The position numbers and the translations under genes were made by a program. Shown one piece after another: positions 15,976 through 26,297 of a stretch of 64,000 nucleotides of DNA. Source of the stretch: Clostridia bacterium. Its GTDB lineage: Bacteria > Bacillota > Clostridia > Oscillospirales > Acutalibacteraceae. Numbering within the stretch: position 1 is the first letter of the stretch; each line of letters opens with the position of its first letter. Location: positions 11,971 to 75,970 of the forward strand of contig JAFQBX010000043.1 in assembly GCA_017399535.1 (NCBI GenBank), read 5' to 3'. The notes below the pieces were generated by a model, which worked only from the letters and a program-made list of their open reading frames with translations, ran no database searches and was not told where the DNA came from.

Positions 15976-16929
15976 ATGTACTATATAGGAATTGACCTCG
16001 GAGGAACAAATATCGTTGCAGGTGTAGTTGACCAGGACTACAACATCATCGCAAAGGCAAGGGTAAAGACCAATCTCCCGAGAGAAACTGAAAAAATCGT
16101 TGACGATATGGTTTACGTGGCTAAAAAGTCGGTGGAAGAAGCCGGTCTTACAATGGCTGATATCGAATGGGTTGGCGTAGGTTCACCAGGTCTCGTTAAT
16201 AAATACACGGGAATCGTTGAATATTCCTGCAACCTCGGCTTTAATAAGGTTCACCTCGTCGAAATGATGAAGGAACGTCTCGGCGTTGATTGCTTTATCG
16301 AAAATGATGCCAATGCTGCCGCTTACGGCGAAATGCTCGCAGGCGCAGGAAAGGGAACAAACAGCTTTGTCGCAATCACCCTCGGTACAGGTGTAGGCGG
16401 CGGCGTTATCATGGATGGAAAGATGCTCAACGGACTTAATTGCGCAGGTGGTGAGCTCGGTCACATTGTAATCAACGTTGATGGTGAGCCCTGCGGTTGT
16501 GGCAGAAATGGTTGCTGGGAAGCTTATGCATCGGCTACCGCTTGTATCCGCCAGACCAAACGTGCCATGTTAGAGAACAAGGATTCAAAAATGTGGGAGC
16601 TCGTTAACGGAAACATCGACGACGTCAGCGGCAGAACGGCTTGGGACGCTATGAGAATGGGCGACAAGGTTGGTAGCGAGGTTGTTGACCGTTACATTTA
16701 CTATATCGCTTGCGGTGTTGCCAATATCATCAACATTATTCGCCCTGAAGTATTGTGTATCGGCGGCGGCATTTGTAACGAAAAAGAATATCTCATGAAG
16801 CCGCTGCGCGAATATGTCGAAAAGGAAACCTACGGAAATAACGAAGCCGATTATACAAAGGTTGTCGTTGCCGAGCTTGGCGGCGATGCAGGACTTATCG
16901 GCGCAGCATTACTCGGTAATCTCAAATAA
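15976..16929 (+). CDS. glcK: ROK-family glucokinase
   Basis: 317 aa with IGIDLGGTN, ENDANAAAYGE and the zinc motif GHIVINVDGEPCGCGRNGCWE. Confidence 0.85.
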   Translation: MYYIGIDLGGTNIVAGVVDQDYNIIAKARVKTNLPRETEKIVDDMVYVAKKSVEEAGLTMADIEWVGVGSPGLVNKYTGIVEYSCNLGFNKVHLVEMMKERLGVDCFIENDANAAAYGEMLAGAGKGTNSFVAITLGTGVGGGVIMDGKMLNGLNCAGGELGHIVINVDGEPCGCGRNGCWEAYASATACIRQTKRAMLENKDSKMWELVNGNIDDVSGRTAWDAMRMGDKVGSEVVDRYIYYIACGVANIINIIRPEVLCIGGGICNEKEYLMKPLREYVEKETYGNNEADYTKVVVAELGGDAGLIGAALLGNLK

Positions 16930-16950
16930 ACTGAAAAGGAAATTTCTGAT

Positions 16951-17868
16951 TTGAATATCGATTATACCAATATTATCGAAACAGCCGAAAAATACGGCTG
17001 TCAGTATAAAATAAACGAACCGATGAGTCAGCATACCACCTTCCGAATCGGCGGACCTGCCGACCTTTTTGTGACCCCTGTCACAGTCGAAGGATTGCAA
17101 AAAATCGTCTCTGAGTGTAAAAAAAGCGGCATCTACTGCTTTATCCTCGGCAACGGCTCTAATCTGCTTGTCTCGGATAAGGGGATTCGCGGTGTCGTTG
17201 TCACGACCGCGTCCTGCCTTAACGATATTGAGCTGATTAACGCTTATGAGATAAAGGTTGCGGCAGGTGTCAGATTATCTCGGCTGAGCGACCTCGCTTA
17301 CGAAAATTCGCTCACAGGCGCCGAATTCGCTTGGGGTATTCCCGGTACTGTCGGCGGTGCGGTTTATATGAACGCAGGCGCTTACGACGGCGAGATGAAG
17401 AATATTCTCACCGAGATTGAGTATATGACACCCGACGGCGAAATTCATACAATGTCAGCCGCCGATGCCGAGCTCAGTTACCGTCATAGTATTTTCAGTA
17501 CGAATGACAACGTTATCATCAGTGCAACCGTGCGACTGACTCCCGGGGATAAGGGCGAAATCCGCGCAAAAATGGACGATTTTATGTCGCGGCGAAAGGA
17601 TAAGCAACCCCTCGAATTCCCCTCTGCAGGAAGTACCTTTAAGCGACCTGTCGGCGGCTTTGCGGCGGCACTTATCGACGAATGCGGACTTAAAGGATAC
17701 CGAATCGGCGGTGCCCAGGTCAGTAAAAAACACGCAGGTTTCGTTATAAATGCCGGTGGAGCCACTTGCTTTGACGTAATGCGACTGGTCGAGCATATTC
17801 AAAAAGAGGTATTTTTGGCAAAGAGTATCAAGCTCGAACCCGAAATAAAGGTTATCGGCGAAAAGTGA
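16951..17868 (+). CDS. murB: UDP-N-acetylenolpyruvoylglucosamine reductase
   Basis: 305 aa with HTTFRIGGPAD, GNGSNLL and PSAGSTFKRP. TTG start. Confidence 0.9.
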   Translation: MNIDYTNIIETAEKYGCQYKINEPMSQHTTFRIGGPADLFVTPVTVEGLQKIVSECKKSGIYCFILGNGSNLLVSDKGIRGVVVTTASCLNDIELINAYEIKVAAGVRLSRLSDLAYENSLTGAEFAWGIPGTVGGAVYMNAGAYDGEMKNILTEIEYMTPDGEIHTMSAADAELSYRHSIFSTNDNVIISATVRLTPGDKGEIRAKMDDFMSRRKDKQPLEFPSAGSTFKRPVGGFAAALIDECGLKGYRIGGAQVSKKHAGFVINAGGATCFDVMRLVEHIQKEVFLAKSIKLEPEIKVIGEK

Positions 17869-17909
17869 TTTAATAAATCAGGCAAAATTTTGCAAAGGAT
17901 GAAAGGTTT

Positions 17910-18767
17910 ATGAATTTGGTTGTAATTACCGGAATGTCCGGCTCGGGAAAATCACAGGTTATAAACGCAATGGAGGACATTGGTTTCTATTGTGTCGATA
18001 ACGTGCCGGCATTTTTACTACCCACCTTTGTAAATCTTCTTATGGACTCGCAAAATAAGCATGAGCAAATCGCAATTGTCACCGATATACGAGGCGGCGA
18101 AATGTACGACGACCTTGTCAGCGCGGTTTCGACACTTCGCGACGAGTTTAACAGCTTCGATTTCCTCTATCTTGAAGCAGAGGATAAGGTTATCGAACGC
18201 AGATTCAAGGAAACTCGCCGTAAGCACCCGTTAATCGAAGCGGCAGGCGGAGTTTTGCCCGAAGCTATCCGACGCGAAAGGGAAATGGTCGGTAATCTTC
18301 GTGACATTGCCGATTATGTCGTGGACACTAGCGACCTTTCGGCAAATGAACTTCGCGAAAGGGTAAAGACCATTTTTTTAGAGAATAAAAAGGACGGAAT
18401 GTCTATTCTCTGTATGTCTTACGGGGCAAAGCATGGCGGTCTCAGCTATGCCGACCTCGTCTTTGACGTAAAATGTCTGCCAAATCCCTTTTACGTGCCG
18501 GAGTTAAAGGATAAAACCGGGCTTGATAAAGAGGTTCGCGACTATGTTTTGTCAACCGACGAAGCAAAGGAATTGCGGAAAAAACTATTTGATATGGTCG
18601 ATTTTCTCATTCCGCTTTATATAAAAGAGGGAAAGAGTCAGCTTATTATTGCATTTGGTTGTACGGGCGGTCAGCATCGCTCTGTCACCTTTGCGTTAGA
18701 GATGCAGCAGCATCTCATCCAAAATGGTTATAACGCAGGAATAAATCACCGCGATATCAAAAAATAA
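17910..18767 (+). CDS. rapZ: RNase adapter protein RapZ (YvcJ)
   Basis: 285 aa with GMSGSGKS Walker A and the C-terminal GCTGGQHRSV motif. Confidence 0.9.
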   Translation: MNLVVITGMSGSGKSQVINAMEDIGFYCVDNVPAFLLPTFVNLLMDSQNKHEQIAIVTDIRGGEMYDDLVSAVSTLRDEFNSFDFLYLEAEDKVIERRFKETRRKHPLIEAAGGVLPEAIRREREMVGNLRDIADYVVDTSDLSANELRERVKTIFLENKKDGMSILCMSYGAKHGGLSYADLVFDVKCLPNPFYVPELKDKTGLDKEVRDYVLSTDEAKELRKKLFDMVDFLIPLYIKEGKSQLIIAFGCTGGQHRSVTFALEMQQHLIQNGYNAGINHRDIKK

Positions 18768-18774
18768 ATGTTTA

Positions 18775-18806
18775 TGCCCTTAATTCATTTTGGTTAAGGG
18801 CATTTT
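18775..18806 (+). terminator. hairpin plus short T-run between rapZ and whiA
   Basis: ATGCCCTTAA-N10-TTAAGGGCAT followed by TTTT. Confidence 0.5.
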
Positions 18807-18838
18807 GAATAACTTGCTGAATAGGAGGTGTAAAACAG

Positions 18839-19708
18839 ATGTCTTTTTCATCAGAGGTAAAATTTGAACTGTGCAAAATGCGTCATACCAAATCCTGCTG
18901 TCTAACTGCCGAATGTGCGGGGATGCTGCTTTTTTCACGGCATTTAAGCGAAGAAAAGATTAGCTTTTACACCGATTACAGCGACGTTGCCGAGCATTTG
19001 TGCTATCTGTTAAAAAAGCGAATGAAGGTGAATTTCGAGCATGTCGTCACCGACGGCGGTGTAAATAAGGTTACTGTACCCGAATTGACCGATAGAAAGT
19101 TTATCATTTCAAAGCTCAAAAGTGGGGACAAGCCATCGGATAACTTGATTCAGAATGATTGTTGCGTGTCGGCGTTTTTGCGCGGAGTTTTTCTTTCCTG
19201 CGGCTTTTTAACCGACCCGAATAAAGAATATCGTCTCGAATTTTTATGCCCATCGAAGAAAATGGCGCAGTATCTTTTTGGCTTTTTGTCAGGAATAATC
19301 GAAAATCCGAAAATGGTTGAGCGTGACGGCGCTTATTACGTTTATTACAAGCATAGTGCGGCGGTCGAGGATATGCTTACCCTCGTCGGCGCAGTCAACG
19401 CGTCACTCGCCGTTATGGAAATAAAGGTTGAAAAGGATATGCGAAATAAAATCAACCGAGTAAGCAATTTTGAGAACGCGAATTTTGTGAAAACGGTACA
19501 CGCATCGGGCGACCAAACCGCCGCAATTAACAAAATTATCGAAAAGGGTTTGCTCGATACCTTAACCGACCCGCTAAAAGAAGCGGCAGTTTTGCGTCGC
19601 GATAACCCCGAGGCATCGCTCAGTCAGCTTTGTCAAATTTCGGGTTGCAGCAGGTCGGGGCTTAATCATCGACTAAAACGGCTCATCGAAATAGCCGACA
19701 GCATATAA
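18839..19708 (+). CDS. whiA: DNA-binding protein WhiA
   Basis: 289 aa with the FSSEVKFEL N-terminus, FLRGVFLSCG LAGLIDADG-like repeats and a C-terminal HTH (LSQLCQISGCSRSGLNHRLKRL). Confidence 0.9.
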   Translation: MSFSSEVKFELCKMRHTKSCCLTAECAGMLLFSRHLSEEKISFYTDYSDVAEHLCYLLKKRMKVNFEHVVTDGGVNKVTVPELTDRKFIISKLKSGDKPSDNLIQNDCCVSAFLRGVFLSCGFLTDPNKEYRLEFLCPSKKMAQYLFGFLSGIIENPKMVERDGAYYVYYKHSAAVEDMLTLVGAVNASLAVMEIKVEKDMRNKINRVSNFENANFVKTVHASGDQTAAINKIIEKGLLDTLTDPLKEAAVLRRDNPEASLSQLCQISGCSRSGLNHRLKRLIEIADSI

Positions 19709-19743
19709 AATACACTAAATTTTACACGAAAGAGGGTTTAAGC

Positions 19744-22700
19744 ATGAGCTTCGTTCATTTGCACGTTCATACCGAATACAGTTTGCTTGACGGCGCCTGC
19801 CGTATAGGTAAGCTTGCTCATGCCGCAAAGGAGCTCGGTCAAACCGCCCTTGCAATCACCGACCACGGCGTAATGTACGGCGCTATCGAATTTTACGAAG
19901 CGTGTAAAGCCGAGGGAATAAAGCCGATTATCGGCTGCGAGGTGTATGTTGCCGCGCGAAAGCACACCGACAAGGTGCACGAATTCGATTCCGAAAATGC
20001 CCACCTGATCCTTTTGTGTAAGAATAAAATCGGGTATCAGAACTTAATCAAATTGGTTTCAAAATCATTTGTTGACGGTTTTTATAATAAGCCGCGAATC
20101 GACCATGATTTACTCGAAGAATATCACGAGGGACTGATTGCCCTTTCTGCCTGTCTGGCGGGTGAGATTCCGCGTGCCCTTTCGGCAGGTGATTATCAAA
20201 AGGCGGTCGAAACGGCTAAATGGTATCAGTCGGTTTTCGGCAGGGATAATTATTATATCGAAATTCAGAATCACGGAATCGACGAGCAGATTCGCGTTTT
20301 GCCCCAGCTTGTTCGCCTTTCGGAAGAAACGGGGATTCCTCTCGTCGCAACCAACGATGTCCATTATGTCGAAAAATCGGACAGCATGGTGCAAAAGGTG
20401 CTTGTCTGCATCCAAACCAACCACACCGTTGACGAGGACAATCCCTTAGGTTATCAAACCGACAATTTTTATTTAAAGAGCGAGGAGGAAATGACCAAAC
20501 TGTTTTCGGCATATCCGCAGGCGATTAAAAACACTCGACTGATTGCCGACCGCTGTAACGTCGATTTCACCTTTGGCGAAACAAAGTTGCCTCTTTTCGA
20601 CATCGGTGAGGTTGACCATTTTGAATATTTCAGAAAGATGTGCTACGACGGACTTTACCACCTTTACGGAAAGGACGTCAGCCGCTCGATAATTGACCGC
20701 CTCGAATACGAGCTGTCGGTCATTAACAGTATGGGCTATATCGACTATTATCTGATTGTTCAGGACTTTGTCAAATATGCAAAGGATAGGGGAATTCCTG
20801 TCGGACCGGGACGTGGCTCGGGCGCAGGAAGTCTTTGCGCCTATTGCGTGGGAATAACCGGTATCGACCCGATAAAGCACGAGCTTATTTTCGAGCGTTT
20901 TCTCAATCCCGAAAGGGTATCTATGCCTGACTTTGACATCGACTTTTGCTATGTTCGTCGTCAGGAGGTTATCGATTACGTAGTACGAAAGTACGGAGCA
21001 GACCACGTTGCCCAAATTGTCACCTTTGGTACATTAAAGGCAAGGGCGGCAATCCGCGACGTTGCGCGAACGCTGGCAATTCCTTATGCTACCGCCGACC
21101 GAGTGGCAAAAATGATTCCTTTCGAGCTTAACGCTACTATTGAAAAGGCACTGAACGACTCTGAGGAACTGAACGAATTGTATAAAAATGACCCGACCAT
21201 CCGCAATCTTATCGATATGTCGAAAAAGATTGAGGGTATGCCTCGTCATGCCTCACGTCATGCCGCAGGAGTTGTAATTACCCGCGACCCTGTTGACGAG
21301 TATGTTCCGCTTGCGACCAATGACGATGCGGTCGTGACTCAGTTTACAATGACCACGCTCGAACGACTCGGCCTGCTCAAAATGGACTTTTTGGGGCTTC
21401 GCAACCTTACCGTAATCGACGACACGGTAAAGATGATCAGACGGCGTGAGCCCGACTTTGATATAAACAAAATCCCAATGAATGATAAAAAGACCTTCGC
21501 GCTTTTCTCCGACGGTCAAACAAACGGCGTATTTCAGCTCGAATCGGCGGGAATGAAGCGTGTGCTTTCACAGCTCAAGCCCACCGACATCGAGGATATT
21601 ATCGCCGTGCTTTCCTTGTATCGTCCGGGACCGATGGAATCAATCCCGACCTATATTTCCAATCGTCATTCGGGTAAAATTACCTATGCCGCTCCTCAGC
21701 TCGAACCGATATTAAAGGTTACCTACGGCTGCCTCGTCTATCAGGAGCAGGTAATGCAGGTGTTCCGCGAGCTTGCGGGTTATTCATTTGGTCGAGCGGA
21801 TATTGTTCGCCGCGCAATGTCAAAGAAAAAGCACGAAGTAATGGAGAGGGAAAGACAGGCGTTTATTTACGGTGATGCCGACTGTGACGGCGCGGTAAAA
21901 CGCGGCGTTAGTGAAAAGGCGGCTAACGAAATTTTTGACAGTATGTCGTCCTTTGCTTCCTATGCGTTTAATAAATCTCACGCAGCGGCCTATGCCTATG
22001 TCGCGTACCAAACCGCGTATCTCAAAACACATTACGGCAGGGAATATATGGCGTCGCTTTTGTCGGGATTCCTCGATTCCGCGTCAAAGGTGTCCCAGAA
22101 TATAGCCGAATGTCACCGAATGGGAATACCCGTTTTGCCGCCCCACGTTAACGAGTCGCAAAAGGGATTTTCGGTATATAACAAAGCCATTCGATTCGGA
22201 CTTTTGGCGGTAAAAAACCTCGGTAGCGGAGTAATCGACCGAATGCTTGTCGAGAGGGAAATGAAGGGCGAGTTTAAGAGTTTATATGATTTCTGCGAAC
22301 GCCTTTTTGACAGGGATTTGAATAGACGTGCGGTCGAGAGCTTAATCAAATGCGGTGCGTTTGACGGACTAGGAGCCAACCGCCATCAGATGATGGATTC
22401 GGTTGATGATATTTTCGAGCAGCTTTCCTCCCGTCAGCGAAACAATGTCGAGGGACAAATTGGCTTTTTCGGTATGAGTGACGGCTCATTTGACGATGCC
22501 GATTACGTTTTTCCGAATGTTGCCGAATATCCCGAAAAGACGCTTCTCAATATGGAACGTGACGTAACGGGACTTTACCTTTCGGGTCATCCGATGTCCG
22601 ACTACGAGGATAGAACGGTCGAAATCGGCGCAGCCAATATTTGTGATATTCTTGACGATGACGAGAATAATGAATATGTGGACGAATCGAGGGTACGTCT

Positions 22701-23235
22701 GCTTGTCCAGATTACGTCAATAAAGCAAAAGGCGACCAAATCGGGTCAGCAAATGGCATTTTTGACGGTTGAGGACGTTTACGGTAGCATAAGCGCGATG
22801 CTGTTTCCAAAAAAATTAGCCGAATATGCTCGGTTTATAAAGCCCGACGAGGTTATAGTAATCGACGGCAAAATTTCGATTCGTGAGGACCGCGACCCTG
22901 ATATAATCGTCGAAAGCATCTATCCGCCAAGTTCGGTGCCGCCTAAAACCGCTGACAGTGCGAAAATACGAAATTTCACTGCTTCGCAAAATGTTAACAA
23001 AAGCGGGGATAGCGGCGACCTATATATTCGTATTCCGTCACTCGAAAGCGACGAATACAAAAGGGCAGTGTCGGTTATAAGCGAGTTTAGAGGCAACACA
23101 CGACTTGTTATCGTTTGCACCGATACCAAAAAGCGACTTGCCGCACCACAAAATATGTGGGTGAATGCGAATGGCGTGCTTATCGACCGATTGTGCGAAA
23201 TTCTCGGCGAAGAAAACGTCGCAATTAAAAAATAA
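19744..23235 (+). CDS. dnaE: DNA polymerase III alpha subunit (DnaE type)
   Basis: 1163 aa with the PHP domain HLHVHTEYSLLDG, PDFDIDF, and finger and OB regions. Confidence 0.95.
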   Translation: MSFVHLHVHTEYSLLDGACRIGKLAHAAKELGQTALAITDHGVMYGAIEFYEACKAEGIKPIIGCEVYVAARKHTDKVHEFDSENAHLILLCKNKIGYQNLIKLVSKSFVDGFYNKPRIDHDLLEEYHEGLIALSACLAGEIPRALSAGDYQKAVETAKWYQSVFGRDNYYIEIQNHGIDEQIRVLPQLVRLSEETGIPLVATNDVHYVEKSDSMVQKVLVCIQTNHTVDEDNPLGYQTDNFYLKSEEEMTKLFSAYPQAIKNTRLIADRCNVDFTFGETKLPLFDIGEVDHFEYFRKMCYDGLYHLYGKDVSRSIIDRLEYELSVINSMGYIDYYLIVQDFVKYAKDRGIPVGPGRGSGAGSLCAYCVGITGIDPIKHELIFERFLNPERVSMPDFDIDFCYVRRQEVIDYVVRKYGADHVAQIVTFGTLKARAAIRDVARTLAIPYATADRVAKMIPFELNATIEKALNDSEELNELYKNDPTIRNLIDMSKKIEGMPRHASRHAAGVVITRDPVDEYVPLATNDDAVVTQFTMTTLERLGLLKMDFLGLRNLTVIDDTVKMIRRREPDFDINKIPMNDKKTFALFSDGQTNGVFQLESAGMKRVLSQLKPTDIEDIIAVLSLYRPGPMESIPTYISNRHSGKITYAAPQLEPILKVTYGCLVYQEQVMQVFRELAGYSFGRADIVRRAMSKKKHEVMERERQAFIYGDADCDGAVKRGVSEKAANEIFDSMSSFASYAFNKSHAAAYAYVAYQTAYLKTHYGREYMASLLSGFLDSASKVSQNIAECHRMGIPVLPPHVNESQKGFSVYNKAIRFGLLAVKNLGSGVIDRMLVEREMKGEFKSLYDFCERLFDRDLNRRAVESLIKCGAFDGLGANRHQMMDSVDDIFEQLSSRQRNNVEGQIGFFGMSDGSFDDADYVFPNVAEYPEKTLLNMERDVTGLYLSGHPMSDYEDRTVEIGAANICDILDDDENNEYVDESRVRLLVQITSIKQKATKSGQQMAFLTVEDVYGSISAMLFPKKLAEYARFIKPDEVIVIDGKISIREDRDPDIIVESIYPPSSVPPKTADSAKIRNFTASQNVNKSGDSGDLYIRIPSLESDEYKRAVSVISEFRGNTRLVIVCTDTKKRLAAPQNMWVNANGVLIDRLCEILGEENVAIKK

Positions 23236-23370
23236 TGTAATTTCTAATGCAAAAAAATACAAAATTGGCGTAATAAGTCAAAAAATGCTTGACACTAATC
23301 TTTTATGAATTTATTATATATATTGATTGCATTTTAATATTAAAAGATGATTTGATTAAGGTGATTTTTA

Positions 23371-24339
23371 ATGGCAGTAAAAACAATAGGAGTTTTAACA
23401 AGCGGTGGTGACGCACCGGGAATGAACGCGGCTATTCGTGCCGTTGTGCGTACAGCACTTGCAGAAGGACTTAACGTAAAAGGAATAATGCGTGGCTATG
23501 CCGGTCTCATTGATGAGGAAATTGTTGACCTCGATTTGCGCTCGGTATCTGATATAATTCATCGTGGCGGTACTATTCTTTATACCGCTCGTTGCCCCGA
23601 GTTTAAGACCGAGGAAGGAATGCAGACCGCTATTGCAAATGCGCGTAAGCACGGTATCGACGGTATCGTTGTTATCGGCGGCGACGGCTCGTTCAGAGGA
23701 GCTCGTGACCTTTCCGAGAGAGGATTGCCCTGCGTTGGCGTTCCCGGAACGATTGATAACGATATTTCATCTACCGAATACACAATCGGCTTTGATACAG
23801 CTATGAATACCGCTATGGAAATGGTTGACCGTCTCCGCGATACCGCTCAGTCACACGAGCGTTGCACAATCGTTGAGGTAATGGGTCGCCACGCAGGATA
23901 TATTGCTCTGCACACAGGTATCGCTGTCGGCGCAACGGCTGTTTTGGTTCCCGAGGTGCCTTTCGATTTGCAAAAGGACGTTATTGATAAAATTGTTAAT
24001 ACAAAGAATTCGGGCAAAAAGCACTTTATCGTTGTTGTAGCCGAAGGTGTAGGTCACGTTAACGAAATAGCAAAGACTATTGAGGAAAAATGCGGAATCG
24101 AAAGCAGAGCAACCATTCTCGGTCACGTTCAGCGCGGTGGCTCACCTACAGTTCGCGATAGAGTTATGGCAAGTAATATGGGATTCGAAGCCGTCCAGCT
24201 TTTAAAGCAGGGAATCGGCAACCGAGTAATCTGCTATAACGGCGGACAAATGGGTAACAAGGATATTTTCGAAGCGCTGAACGAAAAGAAGAGCTACGAA
24301 TTTGACATGCACCAGGTTGCTCACGAAATTTCAATATAA
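23371..24339 (+). CDS. pfkA: ATP-dependent 6-phosphofructokinase
   Basis: 322 aa with IGVLTSGGDAPGMNAAIR, GGDGS, PGTIDND and MGR. Confidence 0.93.
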   Translation: MAVKTIGVLTSGGDAPGMNAAIRAVVRTALAEGLNVKGIMRGYAGLIDEEIVDLDLRSVSDIIHRGGTILYTARCPEFKTEEGMQTAIANARKHGIDGIVVIGGDGSFRGARDLSERGLPCVGVPGTIDNDISSTEYTIGFDTAMNTAMEMVDRLRDTAQSHERCTIVEVMGRHAGYIALHTGIAVGATAVLVPEVPFDLQKDVIDKIVNTKNSGKKHFIVVVAEGVGHVNEIAKTIEEKCGIESRATILGHVQRGGSPTVRDRVMASNMGFEAVQLLKQGIGNRVICYNGGQMGNKDIFEALNEKKSYEFDMHQVAHEISI

Positions 24340-24417
24340 TTTCAATGGGCGCATAATGTTTATTTATGCGCCCGTTTGCTTATTGCGTTATTATTAAAAA
24401 AAGAGGTGTAGCATAAA

Positions 24418-24897
24418 ATGAAAAGAGACGGATATATTTCATGGGACGAATATTTTATGGGCATAGCCGTCCTTTCCGCGTATCGAAGCAAGGATCCGAA
24501 TACCCAGGTCGGTGCCTGTATCGTCAGCGAAGAAAACAGGATAATGACGGTTGGATATAACGGAATGCCAAAGGGTTGCTCTGACGACGATTACCCGTGG
24601 GAAAGGGCAGGGGATGTCCTTGATACAAAGTATGCCTTTGTTTGTCACGCCGAGCTCAATGCTATACTTAATTATAATGGCGGCTCGATGAAGGGTAGCC
24701 GTTGCTACGTAACCCTTTTCCCGTGTAACGAATGCGCAAAGGCACTTATTCAAAAGGGAATTTCCGAAATTATCTATATGAGCGATAAATACGCCGACTC
24801 CGATTCGACAAAGGCGGCAAAAAAGATGCTCGATTCCGCAGGGGTAAAGTACCGTCTTTACGAAATGCAGAATAGAAAAATTTCGTTTGAGCTGTAA
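24418..24897 (+). CDS. dCMP deaminase (ComEB-like cytidine/deoxycytidylate deaminase)
   Basis: 159 aa with HAELNA and PCNECA zinc motifs. Confidence 0.85.
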   Translation: MKRDGYISWDEYFMGIAVLSAYRSKDPNTQVGACIVSEENRIMTVGYNGMPKGCSDDDYPWERAGDVLDTKYAFVCHAELNAILNYNGGSMKGSRCYVTLFPCNECAKALIQKGISEIIYMSDKYADSDSTKAAKKMLDSAGVKYRLYEMQNRKISFEL

Positions 24898-24924
24898 TAT
24901 TCAGCTGTTTAAGGAGAATCAATT

Positions 24925-26061
24925 ATGGTAGTAAATAAAGCACCAATGGGCTGGAATACTTGGAATACCTTCGGCCCGAATATTAACGAAAAAATTATTA
25001 TGGAAGCGGCCGACGCTATGGTCGAGAAGGGGCTTCTTGACGCAGGATACGAATATCTCGTAATCGACGATTGCTGGTCGCTTAAACAGCGTGACCCGGT
25101 GACCAGACGGCTTGTAGCCGACCCCGAAAAATTCCCCAACGGAATGAAAGCGGTTGCCGACTACGTTCACTCAAAAGGACTCAAATTCGGTATGTATTCC
25201 TGCGCAGGTGTCCGTACCTGCGGCGATTATCCGGGTAGCTTTGACCACGAATTTATCGACGCCGAAACCTTTGCTGAATTTGGCATCGATTTCTTAAAAT
25301 ACGATTATTGCTATCGTTCATCGTCTACTGCGGGACCGATCCTCTATCACCGAATGGCGAATGCGCTTAGAGCAACCGGTCGCGATATAGTATTCTCCGC
25401 GTGCAACTGGGGAAAGGACGACGTTTATAGCTGGATTCGTTCCACGGGCGCGCATCTTTACCGCTCAACCGGAGATATTTTTGACAATTTTCCGCGCGTA
25501 AAGGAGCTTGCGACAAGCCAGTTCGATAAGCAGTGCTACAATACCCCGGGATGCTATAACGATATGGATATGCTCACGGTCGGAATGTTCGGAAAGGGAC
25601 ACGCAGGCACTGAGGGCTGTACTGCTGAGGATTACAAAATACAGTTTGGTTTGTGGTGTATGCTTGGTTCACCGCTTATTCTCGGCTGTGATATTCGCAA
25701 TATTGACGACGAATCATTAAAACTCGTTAAAAATAAGCATTTGATTGCAATAAATCAGGATATCGAAGGACGTCAAACCTTCCAAATATCATCAAAAAGC
25801 TGGTCATGTCATGATGCCCCAATCTTTGTCAGAAAGCTCGAAAACGGCGACTTCGCCCTCGGTATGTTTAACTTTGCCGATAGAGCCGCTACCGTTGTTG
25901 CCATGTTTGACGAAATTGGCTATCCTGCTAATTGTGGGCTTAAATTTGAGCTCACCGATTGCTTCACGGGAGAAAAGAGCGTATGCGATTCCGATTCACT
26001 CAGCTTGTATGTCGAGTCGAGAGGAACAAGAATTTATCGAGTAAAGCCGGTCAAAAGATAA
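24925..26061 (+). CDS. alpha-galactosidase, glycoside hydrolase family 27
   Basis: 378 aa with MGWNTWN, VIDDCW and LKYDYC signatures. No signal peptide. Confidence 0.85.
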   Translation: MVVNKAPMGWNTWNTFGPNINEKIIMEAADAMVEKGLLDAGYEYLVIDDCWSLKQRDPVTRRLVADPEKFPNGMKAVADYVHSKGLKFGMYSCAGVRTCGDYPGSFDHEFIDAETFAEFGIDFLKYDYCYRSSSTAGPILYHRMANALRATGRDIVFSACNWGKDDVYSWIRSTGAHLYRSTGDIFDNFPRVKELATSQFDKQCYNTPGCYNDMDMLTVGMFGKGHAGTEGCTAEDYKIQFGLWCMLGSPLILGCDIRNIDDESLKLVKNKHLIAINQDIEGRQTFQISSKSWSCHDAPIFVRKLENGDFALGMFNFADRAATVVAMFDEIGYPANCGLKFELTDCFTGEKSVCDSDSLSLYVESRGTRIYRVKPVKR

Positions 26062-26255
26062 TGTCAAAATGCTATAAATGTAGCCGAGAGCTTATTTCTG
26101 ACGAAACCGCACTTTATAAAAAAACGGTCGACAGAATGGCAGATGAGTTTCTGTGCATCGACTGCTTGGCAGAAAGATTTGATACAACGCGAGCTGAGCT
26201 CGAAAAAATGATTGAGCGGCTTCGCGAATCGGGTTGCACATTGTTTACAAAATGA
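26061..26255 (+). CDS. small zinc-ribbon-like protein, function unknown
   Basis: 64 aa: MSKCYKCSREL...FLCIDCLAERF..., i.e. two CxxC pairs. Its ATG overlaps the GH27 stop (TAATG), and a strong terminator follows. Confidence 0.5.
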   Translation: MSKCYKCSRELISDETALYKKTVDRMADEFLCIDCLAERFDTTRAELEKMIERLRESGCTLFTK

Positions 26256-26260
26256 ATTAA

Positions 26261-26297
26261 GCGCCTGTTCACCGAGTGAACAGGCGCTTTTGCTTTT
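26261..26297. terminator. rho-independent terminator (convergent gene pair)
   Basis: GCGCCTGTTCAC-CGA-GTGAACAGGCGC followed by TTTTGCTTTT. Confidence 0.7.

Noticed and set aside
20473-21015. 180-aa minus-strand ORF inside dnaE, plus similar antisense ORFs at 28383-28952, 29651-30184, 34999-35505 and 44985-45467
   Set aside because: All are antisense to genes with unambiguous conserved motifs (dnaE, gpr, flavin reductase, ispF, gerAA). They are typical shadow ORFs.
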